A stretch of DNA of 64,000 bases, taken from Hyphochytrium catenoides. Lineage: Eukaryota > Protista > Hyphochytriomycota. The notes below the pieces were generated by a model. It ran no database searches, was not told the origin of the DNA, and saw nothing but the letters and a program-made list of their open reading frames with translations. Location of the stretch: positions 103,436 through 167,435 of the forward strand of contig FLMG01001160.1 of the NCBI GenBank assembly GCA_900088475.1, read 5' to 3'. How positions within the stretch are numbered: position 1 is the first letter of the stretch; the number at the start of each line of letters is the position of its first letter. The translations under genes were made by a program, and so were the position numbers. Positions 60,899-64,000 of the stretch are shown here, in pieces.

Positions 60899-61399
60899 TT
60901 GAGAAAATTGATGGTTGGGTTTCCTTTCTTCTCAAGTCTTGATCGAGCTGGAGCAGTAGTACTCTGGCTGCCTGGAATCTAATCTTTAGCCGCGGCTCTT
61001 AAGGGTAGTAGTAACAGTGAAGGTATCTACTCTGTGGCTATTATAATAATGGTGTTGCCTCGGAGGAGAAGCTTCGAAGAAGCAGCCAAGACACGCGGAA
61101 GAAAACCTAGAGATTCATTGATGACGAGAAGCATCAAAACAACTTCTCTTCTAGAATCAATGGAGTACGTAGAGAGGGAGGAGATGATCAATTATTGGTG
61201 GAGGATAGAACGGTAGTGTGATGGGGTGAGGAGTAGATGCACAAGCAGGACCAAGAAGAACAGAAGGGTACAGGCGTTGGTAAGGCTGTGTAAACAATGA
61301 ACAGTAACCCAAAAGACAGCAGCAGTGATGTTGTCTCCTATAAAGATAGCAATAAAATAAAGAAAAGAAAAAGTAGGAACTAGTAGGAAGCGGTGATGA

Positions 61400-61895
61400 G
61401 GATGGTGATGAGGAGTAAGAGATGCTTGAATAGAGTAGAAGAGGAGGAAGAGGAATAGCGATGATGATGAGGAACAAGGAAAGCTTCGATCTTCCCTGGT
61501 TGTTGAAAACAGAGGAAAAAGGAAAATGGCTGAGGAGAGAAGGAGGAGACAGGTAACTAGGAAGAAAAACCAAGTAGTAGAGAAGAGGGAAGATCCAAGA
61601 ATGACGGATGACGGACCATGACCGAATGGAGAATAAGGAAGGGAAAGAGGAGGAGGGAAGAAGAGTGGAGAAGAGAAAGAGATGTAAGTAGGGAGGAGAA
61701 ACCAGGGGAGGGAAGGAACAGAGAGAAGCCAGGCTGACGCCGGCAGAGAGGAAGCCAGAGGAGAGAGGAGAGAGAGGAGAGGAAGGTCCGACAACAGGTA
61801 AGCAGGTGGCCAGCTATTTGCCATAAGAGGGGAGAGGAGGGACAGGTCGGAGAGACAGAGAGGAAGATGAGGAGAGAAGAAGAGAGGAGGCTCCA
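61400..61895. repeat. Purine (GA/GGA)-rich low-complexity tract upstream of the JmjC gene
   Basis: Runs of gagaggaga/gaagagga. Confidence 0.75.
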
Positions 61896-64000
61896 GCTGT
61901 TGATGAGAGCTGACCTCCACCTGCCTTCCTGTCCTTTATTTGATGCTAATAAAAAGGAGGCAAGGCCTCACAGACAGAGAGGTAGAGGTATATAGCACAT
62001 GTGCTGAGAGATGTCCCACGGCACCATTCTCCAGGCTTAAACCTAGAGTATCTAGTGCAGGAGCAAGACAGAGCAGCTAGAGAGCAAGATAGAGTTGCTT
62101 TGAGATGCCAGGAAACACAGAAAGTGGCACAAAGATGAGGTGATGGTTTTATTACACTCTAACGGCTAGGGGGGCCTCTGCCAAGAGTAGTAATACAATG
62201 TCAGATTACGTAAACCCAGAAAGCTCTTGCTTCCGCCCTCCCATTCCTCGTAATGTAAAATAGTATGCCGGAGGCCATCTGATGAGAAGGGTTACAACAG
62301 TGCTTTTATTCATTTATTTGCTTTTATTGATTTATTTATGATTTATTGTGAGTCTAGTTGAGTCAACAAGACTCTGTTGTTACAAAAAGCTTTGAAACGG
62401 AAGAGTAGGAGGTGTTTTCTCATCTTTTTCTTTAGAAAACGAAACTCCTCCTTTCTTTTATCATCATGATTATTGATCCTGTAGCAGGAGTGATGATTGA
62501 GGGCCTTGCTGCCTTCCGTGTTGTTGCTGTTCGTCTGGCTCCTTCTCTGATTGATGATGTTATTCACTGCTGATTATTGAGGACTTCACTATGATTGTCC
62601 CTGGCAATATGCTGCGCTGCTGACAGCGGAGGGGAAGAAGGAGATAAAGGCCTCAAGACTAGGTAGTAGCGCTCCTTGTTGCCTCGTCCTCTTCTTTTTC
62701 TTCTTCATCTCCTTCTCCTTCTTCCTCCGAGTCTACTAGTAGATGGATAGTTCAACGAAATGGCACTTATAAAGAGAACGGGATCCTCCTCCTCCTGCTC
62801 CTCATCTTCATCAGAAGTTGATTGCTTTTCCTCAGCGAGCTTCTATATATCATGATGGAAGAAGAAAAGGAGCAGGAGATGACGACGAGGATATCCTTGT
62901 ACAAAGATCGTTGCTCCTCCCCTCATCCGCAAAGAAAAGGAGAATGATATGACCCCGGAGAAGGATTGATAAGCTGGCTTCTTTATTAGGATCTTCTATT
63001 CAATAAAGACCAATTCTCTACTCTCTGTCATCGATCATCACCACCCGCATGTTCCGCCGAGTATTATGCGGAGGAAGAAGACGTCGTAGAGCCATAAATA
63101 ACAGCAGGTAATAAGAATAAGCTGGTCCCCAACAAAGCCTATGATGAAAAACACAAGATATCCATTGCAGCAATTCTTTGTTGTGTGCATTGATGAGCTC
63201 TAGCAGTGCCCTGCAAGAAAGCCGTTCACATTAGAATGAAGAAGATTTGCCCAGCCGCAGAAGAACAACGGCGACGCCCCCAGAAGAAGATTAGCGGAGG
63301 AGAAAATAGTTCAGTCCGCCTAGAGCACCCAGCGTGCTTCACACGTCACCTTTGCTTTTTTTGATATCATAAGAAGGGTCTGGGTAAGGTAGCTCCTTGT
63401 ACTTTACAAGAAAGAAAGTGGTTTTTCTTCCTCTGGATTCATGTCCCGGTGCTATTAGTAGTAGAAGCGCCGACCACCATTTACAAAAGAAGAGGGATAG
63501 AGCGGTGTTACTCCACCACCACCACCAGTAATAGCAGGGCGGGGACCACCACCACCTACATATTTTTATAAAAACTGGATGGAGGAGTCTCTAGTCGGTA
63601 CCCAGAAAAGGAGGGGACAGAAGAGGTTTCTTATGATGATGACTACTATTGATTGTCGGACCACGGTCCAGGACGGGAGCCAAGTAATAAGCAAAGCATG
63701 GATGATGATGGCCGCCGCGCGCCCTACTTCCTCTGCATTATTATTAGTTAGTTTGCTGCTGTGTAGATGAATAATGATGAAGGCGGCGGCGGCGATCGGC
63801 ACCACGAACCCCACAGCCTACTGCCATTGATGGCGGTGATGTCGCTTTTTTGTTGTGTAGTGATGATGATAGCGTCCGTGGTTCTCACTCTATCATTTTC
63901 CTTTTCAGTTCTTTCCATCACGATGATGATCATGCTCCTGCATCAAGCCGCTGTAAGTACTAGTAATTTATAATAATTAATCGAAGGAACTCCTGTTCTT

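Overview
Intron-rich eukaryotic genomic DNA with short GT-AG introns, CT/GA microsatellites and six small N gaps. A GPCR-PIPK fusion with the LR(x)9GI linker and a PMA1-type H+-ATPase with a large TM7-TM8 insertion suggest a stramenopile close to oomycetes/hyphochytrids (inference). Hand-splicing gives about 17 protein-coding genes: PPR protein (partial), TMEM18, a 4-TM protein, a TBC Rab-GAP, GPCR-PIPK, a Gly/Ala/Tyr-rich ORF, PMA1, a tandem-PDZ protein, threonine dehydratase, a bacterial-type DUF1707/LiaF-C protein, a P4-ATPase flippase, a PDP-like PP2C, CDK8, a Ctr copper transporter with two TRASH/YHS domains, an SGNH-fold pseudoenzyme, NECAP, a divergent Sec23/24 and a KDM5-like JmjC demethylase. 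Three gene-free, degenerate islands lie at about 15.2-19.4, 26.6-28.6 and 61-64 kb. No rRNA, tRNA, CRISPR array or intact transposon was recognised. Best leads: the TRASH/YHS-Ctr fusion, the intronless bacterial-type DUF1707-LiaF gene (HGT candidate), a possible prion-like N-terminal extension and a C2CH metal-binding insert in the GPCR-PIPK, a BAR-like/F-box-like/TBC architecture, and the SGNH pseudoenzyme. All exon models are manual and need RNA-seq confirmation.
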